From Eledone cirrhosa (Eukaryota), in contig OZ024751.1 of assembly GCA_964016885.1 (NCBI GenBank), positions 30,132,001 to 30,196,000 on the forward strand: DNA of 64,000 nucleotides, read 5' to 3'. A program made the position numbers and the translations under genes. The notes below the pieces were generated by a model, which worked only from the letters and a program-made list of their open reading frames with translations, did not search any database and was not told the origin of the DNA. Of the stretch, positions 14,790 through 28,520 are shown piece after piece. Position 1 is the first letter of the stretch. Each line of letters starts with the position of its first letter.

Positions 14790-15568
14790 GGTATTTCTAG
14801 GGCATTTTTAAACCTGGCAGAGCCCAATCTCTCTCCAGGTGTGAATATAGGAGATTTCTCCCAGAGACTTTCTCACCCACCTCAAATGTGCTGGCCTTGT
14901 GACTAAATCAGAAACCATTATTATTATTCAATATGGCGGCGGATTGGCAGTATCGGTAGAGGGTCGTACAACATGCTTTGCAGCACAGTTACGTCCCTTT
15001 ACGGACTGAGTTCAAATCCCGCCGAGGTTAACTTTGCCTTTCATCCTTACGGGATCGATAAAATAAAGTACCAGTAATGTACTGGGGTCGATTTAATCGA
15101 CTTTCCCCTCCCCCCAAATTACTGGCCTTGTGCCTATACTAGAAATCATTATTATTATTCAATATGGTGGCGGATTGGCAGTATTGGTAGAGGGTCGGAC
15201 AACATGCTTTGTAGCATAGAGTTACGTCCCTTTACGGACTGAGTTCAAATCCCGCCGAGGTTAACTTTGCCTTTCATCCTTACGGGATCGATAAAATAAA
15301 GTACCAGTAATGTACTGGGTAATTGCTGGCCTTGTGCCAAAAGTAGAAACAATTATTATTATTCAATAAAGAGAAAGATAAGGAGTGAGAAAGAGATATA
15401 GAGGAAAAATCGACCCCAGTACTTGACTATTATTTTTTTATCGACCTCGAATGGATAAAAGGCAAAGTTGACCCCCGTTGGGATTTAAACTCAGAGAGTA
15501 GAGGGCGGAAGCAAATACCGCAAGGCATACTATCCGACGCTCTACCGACTCTGCTAATTCGCTGCCTT
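14790..15568 (-). mobile_element. Old X-variant SINE split by a younger opposite-strand SINE array
   Basis: Tail part 14790-14870 and head/core part 15369-15568 are collinear with the copy at 28155-28520. Confidence 0.65.
14876..15368 (+). mobile_element. Head-to-tail SINE array: tail fragment, long (L) copy 14935-15160, short (S) copy 15166-15362
   Basis: Three units, each ending in the identical 17-mer attattattattcaata. Confidence 0.92.
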
Positions 15569-16189
15569 ATATTTAATTATATAAAAGTGTATAAAAATGT
15601 GATCCATTACGATTGAATAATGCACTTCCTTGATGTCTCCCCCCCCCCCTTTCACCGGTACTTTATTCTACCAATCCCGGTAGGATTTGAACATAGAATG
15701 TAATGATCCCAAAACAAATACCACCATGGTATTTTATCCGGCACTCTTCTAATTCGGCCAATCCACCACCTTCAATCTTTTCTCATATGCCTACTTTACC
15801 ATTCCTCTATTCCAGTATGACTCATTTTATCTCATTTATCCTTAATTTCATCTCTTCATTCTTATTCGTCAATCTCCTGTTTTCATTCCCTCAATCCCCT
15901 ATTCCCTAATCTTTACATTCCTTCATTCCTCAATCTATCCAACTATTTTGCCTCCTTCCATCCTTCCACCATTTTGCTTCCATAACTTTATTATCCTTCA
16001 TCATAAGTTCCTCAAACATCCATTCTCTTAAACCTTCATGTATTTTATTCTTTTATTCTTTTACACGTTTCGCAACATTCCATTCATTTAACTCTCCATT
16101 CTCTCATTCTTCCATTCTGTTCGCTACTAATTTATTAATCTCTCTATTCTCTTGCCACCCCACCTCCTCCACGAAGGTTATGTTGCTGC

Positions 16190-16380
16190 TTAACCTCAGT
16201 TCAACTCTGATTAGCCCGGCCTATGATTAAAGCCGTTCCATCTATGACCATTGCCTCTTATTTCTTTCCTGCTTAGATGTCTGGCTTTATATTATTTTAT
16301 GAATCATTTTTTGAAAATGGAGTGTGTGATTTGAGGTTGATTTGGCTGTTACTTTTAGCAGTTGGAGACATCTTTCACTC
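16190..16380 (+). repeat. Ancient unclassified interspersed repeat (SINE-like)
   Basis: Motifs ttccakcyatgacca and gatttggctgctatttctagca recur at about 19605-19765, 23110-23410, 42340-42410 and 42695-42760. Confidence 0.6.
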
Positions 16381-16416
16381 AGAATACCTAGTCTTCTTCT
16401 TATTCATTCTTGTAGC

Positions 16417-16835
16417 CAGGATCGGCGCGACTATTCAGGCTAACTAGACAGCCACCTAGGGCGCAGACCTCAGAGAGACGCATTACTGATCCTTAAGGAT
16501 CACGGGTTTATACACATTTGTCTTAAATTAAATATATAACAATTCTCTGCGATCAATAACTAAATCACTAAACAACTTGTGGAAATATCTAGAGCCGTAG
16601 AGAGGGTCATATGTTGCTATGAACGTGTGACGAGATTTGGCGTGGATGTACATGAACGGTGTAGTGAAAAATACCAGCTTAGTATTTTTTTCAGCGTGCT
16701 TCAGAGCAAGAAGTGTACAACATTAAGTACGTCAGTTTACTAAACTCTGTCAAAATTATTTTATTTGGGAGAATGGAGTGCAATAGCTGAGAGGATAATT
16801 AACCTAGGGTGCTAAATACCCTGTCACTGATCCTG
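16417..16835. mobile_element. Non-autonomous DNA transposon, hAT-like
   Basis: Ends caggatcggcgc / gtcactgatcctg with subterminal cctagggyg motifs at both ends. TSD not conserved. Confidence 0.5.
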
Positions 16836-17769
16836 ATAATAGTGGTGGTGGGGGGGGGATCTCTAATGGAATCTGTCGTTCATCTCAACAGAGTTAGCAA
16901 TACACCGAATATCTCTTTATCTACCGACCAGATTGTTTACTCCCCCCTCACCCATTTTCAGCCCTCTCTAGAATTCTTCTCTATCTCATCTCCCCTCTCT
17001 CTCCTATATCTCAACACCCTTTCTATATTTCTTTCTTCTTTTTACTTCTCACCCTCCTCATTCTCTCAAAGTTCCTCTTACTCTCTTACTCTCTCTCTCT
17101 CTCTCTCTCTCTCAATATATATATATATATATGCCCCCTGTCGGCCGTTCACTTCACTATCTCTTTCAGCCATCTTGTATCTTGTACAAGAACAGATCTT
17201 TCCTTTTCACCGTGGTGGCTATTCTCTTTTCTTCGTCCCGCAATGAAAATTCCTTCAGCACCGGTGAACAATGAAAATAATCCCCGGTAAAAATTCCAAC
17301 CGTGCTATCCGTTATCTTTAAAAGAGAAATATCTAATCCTAGAGTGGTTTGTACGTGACATAATGAAAAACTGGACAGAAAGAAATTCAGATAGGATAAT
17401 CTCTGATCGTGGAAACTTGAAGTTGTAGTAGGATGAGGAGTAGTCCTACTAGTAGCGGTGGTGGTGGTACTGGTGGTGGTGGTGGTGGTCGTCGTCGTCG
17501 TCGTGGTAGTAGTGGCAGCAGCAGCAGCAGCAGCAGCAGTGATGGTGGTAGTAGTAGCAGTTGTCAGGTAGTGGTAGTGATGGTGGCAGCACAAGGCAAG
17601 GAAAATCGATTATTTCGACCCCCCCAGTACTTGACTGGTATTTTAATGTATCGACCCCGGAATGATGGAAGGTTAAATTAACTTCAGAACGTAGAGAGCC
17701 GTGACTAAATGCTGCAAAACAAAAGAGGGGACTGCATGTTAGTGGCCGAAAAGCTAAAATGCGTCTCTG

Positions 17770-18015
17770 AGTGGTTGAGGACACTCAGTGGAATGACCAT
17801 TCTCTAGCTGAAGTCTTGGATGTGCATCTGTGTGTGTGGTTTTAGATCACTCGGTGGAATGACCATTCTAGGGGACAGCATATTTGAGGCCATTCTCCAG
17901 ATGAAGTCTAGGATGTGTGTCTGTCAGTGGTTTTAGGAGACAGCATGTTTGTGGTTAGCAGACTCAGTCCAATGACCATTCCCCCATTCCCTAGATGAAG
18001 TCTAGGATGTGTGTA
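17770..18015. repeat. Complex tandem repeat (aatgaccattc...tgaagtctaggatgtg)
   Basis: Three to four shuffled copies of the same sub-blocks. Confidence 0.7.
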
Positions 18016-18157
18016 ATCAGGAGGGATTAGTTGACAGTTGGGCAATACCAATAGACTGATAATATCTTGGTTCCTCATTTTATATACTGAGTTCAATCTT
18101 TACTCAATTAGGAGTCGATAAAATAAACATAGGGATCGATCTAGATTAGGCAAAGCT

Positions 18158-18660
18158 AACGTAAAGGGACGTAGCTATGTCACAAACCATGTTGTCCGAC
18201 ATTTTACCGACGCTGTCCGACATTTTACCGACCAATGCCCTAATAATAATTGTTTCTTCTTTTGGCACAAGGCCAGAAATTGTCCCAGTGCATTACTGGT
18301 ACTTTATTTTATCGACCCCGTAAGGATGAAAGGCAAAGTTAACCTCGGCGGGATTTGAACTCAGACCGTAAAGGGCCGTAACACTATGCTGCAAAGCATG
18401 GCGTCCGACCCTCTACCGATAGTGCCATGATTTCTGATTTAGACACAAAGCCAGTTGTTGGGGGGGGGGGGGCGAAGGTGTCGATTAAATCGATCCCAGT
18501 GCATTACTGGTACTTTATTATATCTACCCCCATATGGATGAAAGGCAAAGTTAACGTCGACGGGATTTGAACTCAGATCATAAATGATCATAAAGGGCTG
18601 TAACTCTATACTGCAAAGCATGGTGTCTGACGTTCTACCGATACTGCCAATCACCGCCAT
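18158..18660 (-). mobile_element. Head-to-tail SINE array: L copy 18428-18660, S copy 18241-18427, head fragment 18158-18240
   Basis: Two full cores with diagnostic tails, plus a head fragment with an internal ~20-bp duplication. Confidence 0.9.
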
Positions 18661-19039
18661 CACCACCTTAAATAATAATAACAATAATAATAATATATGA
18701 AAGTACAAACAGCGAGCAAAGCTGTGTGTCCTGTGAAAAGAGATCGATACATAGGTATAATCTCTTATTATTTAGAGATTAAGTAAATGAAGACGTTGTC
18801 CAGTCCTAGACCAATGTTTTCTTTCTTTGCTTGTCAATGGTCAGGAAGATGGGTGGATAGATGGGTGGGTGGTCCCTTTCTCCGGACAAACCAGTCCAAC
18901 ATTAACACGGTATTAACAATAGGTTGATTATATAAAAGAATTATGATGGATCCTCCACCAGTTTCAAAGATGAGCACTCAGTTGATCGATGAACCACACG
19001 TAGCTTAGTTATTTAGTTCTTTTCAGTCTCATTGGAGAA

Positions 19040-19600
19040 TTGGGAGACAGTAAGGTCGAAAGCTCTGCCCTGCCCCGAGCCTGCTCTCACGTCAATAGAT
19101 CCATATCTGCCAGGTCTTTTTCTGCAGACCTCAATCAGATTTTGAATGGTCCACCTCGGATGATATCATCATCTTATTATAGTCCACAATTCGGTCAGAA
19201 GCCTGTTCCAAAAGGCTAGACATGTTTCATCTCTGCCAGATCTTTTTCTGCAGTCCTCAACCAGATCTTAAAAGGTCCACCTCGGGTGATATCTCCACCC
19301 AACAACGGTCCATAACTCTGCCTAGAGTCTACTCCTAAAGGCCATCTCTGTCAGGTTTTTTTCGGGTGACGCCTTCACCTAGCTACTGCGGCTTATAGCT
19401 CTTTCATAAGTCTGCTCCCAAAAGGCCACACTTGTCCCGTACCTGCCAGGTCTTCTTCCGCAATCCTCAACCAGATCTTGAAACGTCTGTCTTATCCCCG
19501 TACGCTCTAGATGTACTCTAGGATCTCACTTTTAGTGGACATGGGTAACACATGGCCGAGCATCTTCTGTTGTATAAGTTCCCTCGTTGGATCACTTTTT
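19040..19600 (-). pseudogene. Decayed RTE-like LINE 3' end with a tandemly amplified C-terminal segment
   Basis: Minus strand translates to ELIQQKMLGHVLPMS and to a repeated RGGPFKIWLRTAEKDL, resembling the RTE C-terminal LGHVxRM and RGRPxxTWxxxxxxDL motifs. The ~120-bp unit occurs 3-4 times. Confidence 0.55.
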
Positions 19601-19813
19601 TTATTCAGCAACAGGTCTGTTCCAGCCATGACCATCCCGTGTTGAGTGTGTGAAGGTGTGTAAATAGAAACATTATACAATGTTGTCATTTTTAAGACAT
19701 GATTAGAAGGAAGTTTTCTTGCTATTTCTAGCAAGTCAAACGATTACATAGAGGTTTTCCTTGTAGTGTGTAGGAATGGGGAGTCATGATTTTATGTCAA
19801 TTAATTCTTTACG

Positions 19814-19842
19814 TACTACTATTATTGCTGCTGCTGCTGCTG

Positions 19843-19905
<63 letters not shown>

Positions 19906-19908
19906 TTG

Positions 19909-19941
<33 letters not shown>

Positions 19942-19965
19942 TTGCTACTACTACTACTACTATTG

Positions 19966-20023
<58 letters not shown>
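19814..20023. repeat. (CTA)n/(CTG)n microsatellite
   Basis: Direct inspection. Confidence 0.95.
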
Positions 20024-20530
20024 GTTAATGTATAAGCAGTAATGATGAAGCTGGTAGTGGTGCTGGGGTGAAAACTGATTGTAGCGGTAGTGTTGATGGT
20101 GGTGTTGCTAGTGACGGTAGTAGTAGCAGTTGTAGTTTTGTTTCTGATGTTAGTAGTAATAGTAGTGGTGTGGGTAGTAGTATTTAGTGGTAGTGTTGGT
20201 AGTGGTGATGGTTCTGGTAGTGGTAATGTAGGTGGTGTGTTGGTAGTGTTAGTGCGGGTGGTGGTGATGGTGCCGGTAGTGGTAGTGTTGATGGTGGTGG
20301 GAGTAATGTTGATGGGGTATTGGTAGTGGGGGTAGTGGTAGTGGGGGTGTTGGTAGTGGTGGTGGTCATGATGGTGCTGTTAGTGGTAGTGTTGGCAGTA
20401 GTGGGGGTGAAGAAGGATTTTTATTCATGTAACAATATCTTGCTCCGCATGACTCACTTTCAGCAAATTTTCTTTTACTACTACTACCACTACTACTACT
20501 ACTACCACTACTACCACTACTACTACTACC

Positions 20531-20572
<42 letters not shown>

Positions 20573-20639
20573 GTTGCTACAGTTGTAGGTAGTTTTGTGA
20601 AATGAAAGTTAAATGAAATATTGAAGATTGTCTGCTGCC

Positions 20640-21060
20640 TTGTGGTGGTGGTGGTGGTGGTGGTGGTGGTCTCGATGGTTGTGGTGGTCTCATGGTTGTG
20701 GTGGTGGTGGTGGTCTTGATGGTTGTGATGGTGGTGGTGGTGGTTGTCTCGATGATTGTGATGGTGGTGGTGGTGGTTGTCTCGATGGTTGTGGTGGTTG
20801 TGGTCTTGATGGTGGTGGTGGTGGTGACCTCGATGGTTGTGGTGGTGGTGGTGGTGGTCTCGATGGTTGTGGTGGTTGTGGTCTTGGTGGTGGTGGTGAC
20901 CTCGATGGTTGTGGTGGTGGTGGTGGTGGTGGTCTCGATGGTTGTGGTGGTTGTGGTCTTGGTGGTGGTGGTGACCTCGATGGTTGTGGTGGTGGTGGTG
21001 GTGGTCTTGATGGTTGTGGTCTTGATGGTTGTGATGGTGGTGGTGGTGGTGGGGGTTGTT
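20640..21060. repeat. GGT-based minisatellite (ctcgatggttgtggtggt...)
   Basis: Tandem units with higher-order duplication. Confidence 0.9.
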
Positions 21061-21149
21061 GTTACTGATTGTAGTGGTCTTGGTGGCAGTGTTGTGAATA
21101 GCTACGATGTTTTAGTAGTAGTGGTATTGCTAGTATCAGTTGTGATGGT

Positions 21150-21527
21150 AATAATAATAATAATTGTTTCTACATTTGGCACAAGGCCAGCAATTACCCA
21201 GTACATTACTGGTACTTTATTTAATCGACCCCGTAAGGATGAAAGGCAAAGTTAACCTCGGCGGGATTTGAACTCAGAATGGCAAGGGCCGTAACTCTAT
21301 GCGTCAAAGCATGGCGTCCGACCCTCTACCGATACTGCCAATCCACCGAATAATAATAATGGTTTCTGATTTAGGCACAAGGCCAGCAAGTTTGGGAGAG
21401 AGGGAAAAGTCAATTAAATCGACCCCAGTACGTTACTGGTACTTTATTTTATCGACCCCGTAAGGATAAAAGGCAAAGTTAAACTCAGCGGTATTTGAAC
21501 TAAGAACGTAAAGGGCCGGAACTCCGA
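21150..21527 (-). mobile_element. Head-to-tail SINE pair: 5'-truncated L copy 21349-21527 followed by S copy 21150-21348
   Basis: Two cores, diagnostic tails and (ATT)n ends. Confidence 0.92.
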
Positions 21528-22066
21528 TAATAATAATACTGATGGAAATAGTTGGTAGTATTAGTAGCAGAAGTAGTAATGACGGTAGTAGTAATGGAAA
21601 TAGTAGTAGTGCTGTTGGTAGTATTAGTAGCAGCAACAGAAGTAGTAGTAGTGTTATATAATGTACTATGTTATGGTATAGTGTAGTACAGATCTTGGAA
21701 GAGTTCCAATATTTCTGTCTCAAGGCCACAAAATATTCCGATGGTCCTTCCTTCTTATCTTTCTCTATTCCTACGTTCCTCTATTCCTCTATTTCTCTGT
21801 TCCATTATTCCTATGTTCCAATATTGACATTTGCTTTCATTTGTTTTTTGTTTCACTTTATTTTTTGTTACGTAGGCGTTATTTCCCCCTCTTCTCATTC
21901 CGGTTTACCTACCAAACATAGAGCCACAACAACAACAACAACAACAACAACTGCTGCACTCACATGTGAATGGCTAGAGTTAGTTAATATTCTCTTTTCT
22001 TTCCGTAACACTCCACCCAACATTCTTCATTTGAAATTGTTTGTTCGAGAGTGTCACTGTAGTTAA

Positions 22067-22135
<69 letters not shown>

Positions 22136-22424
22136 CTTTATTCTCCCTAACAGTGAAGACTTAGGGAGACACTATAAAGACAAATTCCAAAAAAAAAGAT
22201 AGATTCGAATGTGAGAAAATAAAAACAAAAGGACGCGAAATGTTTAGCAAATTTATTGGCTGAAAGCAATCCTCTCTATCTTCACTTTCCCCTCCAAGTG
22301 GTTATTGAAGCAGTTGATGAGGGCTTGATAGAACAGTTATGTTTCTGACTTCAGTAACTTGCAATCTTATTCACCAGACAGAAACCAAAATAATGTTTTT
22401 CCTGGACAAGGGGAAATTACGGAC

Positions 22425-22755
22425 CGATCTTCACGATGGACTCGGGTGGTGGTTATATTAAAATAGTGGTGGAGCGATCTTCACGATGGACTCGGCTGAT
22501 AGTTAGATGTAGAAAGCAGGGTGGGTGGTCTTCACGATGGACTCAGCTAATAGATTAGGAAAGTGGTGGGACGATCTTCATGGTGGACTTGGCTGGTAGT
22601 CAGATAAGGAAAGCGGTAGGGTGGTCTTCTCGATGGACTTGGCTGATAGTTAGATAAGGAAAGTGGCGGGGCGATCTTCACGATAGACTCCACTTGTAGT
22701 CAGATAAAGAAAATAGTGGGGTGATCTTCATGATTGACTAGGCTGGTAGCTAAAT
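22425..22755. repeat. ~50-bp minisatellite, about 7 diverged copies
   Basis: Unit cgatcttcacgatggactcggctgatagttagataaggaaagtggtggg. Confidence 0.85.
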
Positions 22756-23849
22756 CTGTCTTACTCCTGAAAACAGCCGTTCAACATAACTCCAAATATT
22801 AGTGATGTCTGTAGTTAGGGATGTCTTAATTAACCTAACAACGGTTAAACATAACCTCAAATATCAGCAATGCTGAGACAGTGAAGACATGCTTACAGAA
22901 CGGTTATATTCCCTTTGAACGTCTCGGATGATCTTCCATGATGATGTTGAAGTGGGTGCTGATGATGATGATGATGATGACGACGGCGACGACGACGACG
23001 ATAAACACCATCATAGCCATGATTGTTGTAATTACACTAACAACAATAACAACAGTATTAACTAAGTAATATCAACTGTTACAGCTGTTGCAATCTACTG
23101 TTGCTGATGACGTTTACATCTCGGTCAGCGTTGAGCCAGTAAACGTACAATCAAAGGCTTTCCAACCACGACCACCACGTCCTTTCCTCAGACTATGTTA
23201 TCCAATGTATCATACTACATTTCAATATGGCATGATGTAATTTGCAGGAGGTTTGACTATTATTTTTAGCAAGTCAAGTGACCATGCATAAGCTCCTTCA
23301 TTACCCCACGTTGTTGTTTGCTGTTTTCATTGACAGATCAATGTTGTCACAGGAAGGTTTGGCTGCTATTTTTAGCAAGATAACTGACCACGTATATGCT
23401 TTCTCTTTAATGTTTTGTTGTTTTCATTGATATGATGTCGATGTTTGCTATATTTATTGATACAATATCGATGATATTGCCTTGTTTGCTATCTTCTTTA
23501 CAATTAACCAATCAATACACAATACTCCATTCACGCCCGTCCTCTACACCCACCTCATAATACACCTTATATATAGCTACTAATCGATAGGCAGTAATCC
23601 TCTTTCTCACCTGTTAATCTCTTCAGATTATCATTGCTTTGTTTGAAGTATCCCTGTTAATAAACCTATTAGGTGTGAATACGCATTACATAATACACTA
23701 TATATTGTACAGTAGCAAAGATTCTTCGAAATAATCTCGTTTTATCTATCTCTCTATCTATCTATGGATGTATGTGTGTATCTATTTATCTATCTTTCTA
23801 TCTATTTGTCTATGTATGTATTTTTGTATGCATGTATGCATCTATCTAC

Positions 23850-23913
<64 letters not shown>

Positions 23914-24923
23914 ATATCTATCGATCTACTAGCCTCCCTTTTAACAAACCAATCCCTCCTATCCACTCATCTATCCATCCAGTGATCAAGCTATGTCTTC
24001 TACTAACCATTCATTAAGCCATCCAGCCAGTTATTCATCCGTTCAAGCCTTTTCTCGATCGAGTCTTTCCTTGAACCAACCAGCCTGTGATCCAACAATC
24101 TTACCAACCACCCAGCCAACCAATTAACTTCTCAACCAACTAGGCATTCAGCAATCCAGTCCTTTAGCAATCCAGCCACTCAGCAATCTAGCCATTCAGC
24201 AATCCAGCCCTTTAGCCAACCAACTTGCTAGTTAGTCAACGATCCGGCCGTCTTACTAACCAAGCTAAATAACTATTTATTTTTCCACTCACTTAGTCTG
24301 CTCTCCTACCACCACCACCACGACCTCCGCCATTACTACCAACACCACCACCGCCGCCTCCACCATCACTACCAACACCGTCTCCTCCACTACCACCACG
24401 TACACCACCACCACCACCTTCTTCACTACTGCTACCGCCACCTCCGTCACTATCACTACAAACAGCACCACCACCACCAACAACAACAAGAACAACACCA
24501 CTACCACGTCCACCAACACCACCACCACATCCACCAACACCAACACCGCGTCCACGTCCACCACCACCACCACCACCACCACCACAATATATCTATGTCT
24601 CAATCTTTTCAACCATCCACTCATTTAATTAACCATGTAACCATCCATCAATCCTATCCATCAAGTGATCCCATCTAGTGATCCCGTTCACTGATCCCAT
24701 TCACTGATCTAGCCATTTGCTCACCACTCTATCCAACCATCTATTTTTCTAGCCTTTCGACCACCCGTCCAACGATCCATACACTAAGCCTGCTACCCCA
24801 ACCATCTCTTCTACCCCTGCTAAGCAACCCTCCATATATTCAACCATCCACCCAGCCACCCAGTCAATCAAGAGGGAGACGTGCAAGCTGCATCTGCGTG
24901 CTCACCTAAACCAGTTCATGCTT

Positions 24924-24991
24924 ACAAATATATATATATACATACAAATATATATATATATACATACAAATATATATATATATATATACAT

Positions 24992-25028
<37 letters not shown>

Positions 25029-25131
25029 CAAATATATATATATATATACATACAAATATATATATATATATATATATATTTGTATGTATATATATATATA
25101 TATGTGTATGTATATATATATATATATACAT

Positions 25132-25171
<40 letters not shown>

Positions 25172-25622
25172 ATGTATATATATATATTTGTATGTATATA
25201 TATATATTTGTATGTATGTATATATATATATTTGTATGTATGTATATATATATATATATATATTTGTATGTATATATATATATTTGTATGTATGTATATA
25301 TATATATATTTGTATGTATGTATATATATATATATTTGTATGTATGTATATATATATTTGTATGTATGTATATATATATATTTGTATGTATATATATATA
25401 TATATATTTGTATGTATACATATATATATATATTTGTTTGTATGTATATATATATATATATTTGTATGTATATATATATTTGTATGTATATATTTGTATG
25501 TATATATATATATTTGTATGTATATATATGTGTATATATTTGTATGTATATATATGTGTATATATTTGTACGTATGTATGTGTATGTATATATATATGTA
25601 TGTATGTGTATATATATGTATG

Positions 25623-25665
<43 letters not shown>

Positions 25666-25672
25666 ATGTATG

Positions 25673-25753
<81 letters not shown>

Positions 25754-25831
25754 GTATGTGTATATATATATATATATTTGTATGTATGTGTATGTATATA
25801 TATATCTATATATCTATATATATATATACAT

Positions 25832-25879
<48 letters not shown>

Positions 25880-25950
25880 GTATATATATATATCTATATA
25901 TATCTATATATATATGTATATATATATCTCTATATATTTATACATACATA

Positions 25951-25985
<35 letters not shown>

Positions 25986-26012
25986 GTGTGTGTATGTATG
26001 TATATGTATGTA
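24924..26012. repeat. Compound (TA)n microsatellite with catacaaa/tttgtatg interruptions
   Basis: Direct inspection. Confidence 0.95.
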
Positions 26013-26930
26013 CGTATCCCCGTAGCTTGTAAATGTTCAGACAAAGCATAAATACAAGGTCTGTAAAAATATATAAGAAGTGTAACAAAACAACCACAGC
26101 AGACACGTCTTTTTATGGGTAGTGCAATTTAATGGTGGCATACATTAACCGTATCAAACAGTATGCTGTGTACTCAGTAATGCTACTAACACATTCGCAT
26201 CACAGATCAAAAAACATTATGCCCACACATACATAAATCCCCAATCATTCATGCATAACAACGAAAAGTGAAAGTAAAAGAAACGAAACGAAAGAAATAA
26301 CCACCAACACTAACATCATCACCATCACCACCACCACCACCACTAACATCATCACCACCACCGCCACCACTAACAATAATAACAGCAACAGCAACACTTC
26401 TCCATCCTTACACCTACACGTGAAGAAACTAAGAAACTAAAAGATAGAAAAAGAGAAATAAAGTAAAAAGTAGGCAAACACGAAGCAATGAAAGAAAACG
26501 TCTAAGATACAACGTATAGGGAACCAAAGATGCAACGAACAATGCTTGTTAATGCACATGCATAAAGTAATTGCAAATATTAGAGCAAGTTATTTGCAAA
26601 TAGCTTCGTCCATTGGTGCACACTGTTCTTCTCCCCCGTGCGTTATTATTCTGGCAATAAAAGTAATGAGCATTTCTACGGAAAGATATCATATTGAAGA
26701 TATCACGTTGGTATTAAAACTAATCATTGCTTCGTAGCTTTCTCATAAATTGCTCAAATATATTAGGGAACATTTCTCGAGAAAAAGATAGACGGTCGCA
26801 AATGGTGGGCGAGAGAACATACTACTACGGACGGATGAGGATTGTGATGTTGAAGATGATGATGATGATTATGAGTATGATGATGCTGAATGGTGATAGA
26901 GATGGTGGCGGTGCTGGGGATATTGTTAGC

Positions 26931-26964
<34 letters not shown>

Positions 26965-27121
26965 ATGATGGTAATGCTGGTGGTGTTGATGTTGAAGATG
27001 ACAATGGTGGTGATGGGGATAGATGTGATGATGATGATGATAGTGATGTTGAAAATGACGATGATGGTGATGGTGATTGATGGTGATGAGGTGGTAGTGG
27101 TGGTGGGGATGATAATGATAG

Positions 27122-27370
27122 AGAGTTCAAATCCCGCCGAAGTCAACTTTGCCTTTCATCCCTTCGAGGTCGATAAAGTACCAGTCTAGTAGTGGGGTCT
27201 TCCTTTATACTTCTTTCTCATTTCCTCTCTCTCTCTCACTTTCTATCTTTCTCTTGAAGGAATCTGCTGTACCCAGGCCTGGAGTGGGGTGGGCCCAAGA
27301 AACACCGCAAGTCAATACGGCGGCCCTACCACTCTATCAGGAGTTACGAGACCATTCATTCATACATACA
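27122..27370 (+). mobile_element. 5'-truncated SINE, X variant with complete tail
   Basis: B-box, core, CT-rich linker and tail ending ggagttacgagacca-ttcattcatacataca. Confidence 0.75.
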
Positions 27371-28154
27371 TGTTGTGGGTGTTATTAAGTTGTTTTGTTG
27401 TTGTTATTGTTGTAGTTCTATCACATTGGTTCTGTAACTTTATTCCTAGTAGTCTACAACCCTACCCCCGTTAAAGACGTTACTCTCATTATCTGCTTGG
27501 ATATCAATATAGAAGATAGTAAACACAATAAAATTTAAATAAATAACAAATTAATTCCACCAATTTATTCAAAATATAATTACAACTATTTAGTTCAATT
27601 AATTAAAGAAAATCGATGAAATTTATCCAACATCGCTAGTCTTTCGAAGTCTGAGAGTTATTTAACAAAAAAAAAAACAAAAAAAAAAAAAAAATAGAGA
27701 GAAGAGAGAGAGAAAAAAAGTTTAGTTTCCTCATCTAGTAACTGCTTTATTGTTCAGTAAGTTTTATGTGAAATAATGGCGTAGGAAAATTTCTCTGGGT
27801 TGCCTTCTGTTTGGAGAACATATAGTTAAACACGGCTAATATACTTAATGCAAAGAACTAAAAAAATATATGTTGGACTAATTAACATTATACTCGTAAT
27901 GAAGGCGAATTCTTGATAGGAGGTGAGATTTGAAATAAGAATGCACAAAGCCACTTACCAAGTCTGCCACTCAGTCGACCTTGGACTGGTGGGTAATCTT
28001 TATCTATCGATCCTTAATGGATAAATGGCAAAGTTGGTCGCAACGAAATATGAATTCAAAGCGGCGCAATGAGCTGGAACAGACATTGTGACGAGGCATT
28101 TAACTCGACGCTCTACCAACCCTACCAAGCCATCGCCTATGTAGTCATATATGC

Positions 28155-28520
28155 CTGAATGGTCCCGTAATTCTCGAGAGTATCTTAGAGGCGCTGCATT
28201 GACATACGGCGTTTCTAGGACCTCTTTAAACCTAGTGTAGCCCAATCTTCTCCAGGTCTAAAATACAGTACAGGTTGGACCAGAATTCGTGACTCACTTG
28301 TTAGTTATATTTCTTAACATGCCTATTTTATTGTTAATAGATCTATAGATATTCAAGTGAGTCATGAATTCTGGCCCACCCTGTAGATATCTTCCAGCGA
28401 AGGATAAATAGTGAGAGAATGGAAGTGAGAAAGAGATATAGAAGAACAATCAACCGAAGTACTAGACTGGTACATTTTTTATCGACTTCGAATGGTTAAA
28501 CCTGACAAAGTTGACCTTGC
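28155..28520 (-). mobile_element. Old X-variant SINE interrupted by a MITE, with further old SINE pieces at 27975-28140 and 28555-28703
   Basis: Tail and core motifs are collinear with other X copies once the MITE is removed. Confidence 0.65.
28271..28383. mobile_element. 113-bp Tc1/mariner-type MITE
   Basis: 30-bp TIRs caggttggaccagaattcgtgactcacttg / caagtgagtcatgaattctggcccaccctg, flanked by TA on both sides. Confidence 0.88.

Noticed and set aside
14935-15030. tRNA gene suggested by A and B boxes
   Set aside because: No cloverleaf. The boxes are the head of a multi-copy SINE.
20628-21255. Gly/Cys/Asp-rich ORF resembling a structural protein (also the Gly/Val and Pro/Thr ORFs at 60598-61319)
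   Set aside because: Trinucleotide-based minisatellites open in several frames, with no splice or domain evidence.
22425-22755. Regularly spaced repeats suggesting a CRISPR array
   Set aside because: The intervening segments are homologous to each other rather than unique spacers, there are no cas genes, and the context is eukaryotic.
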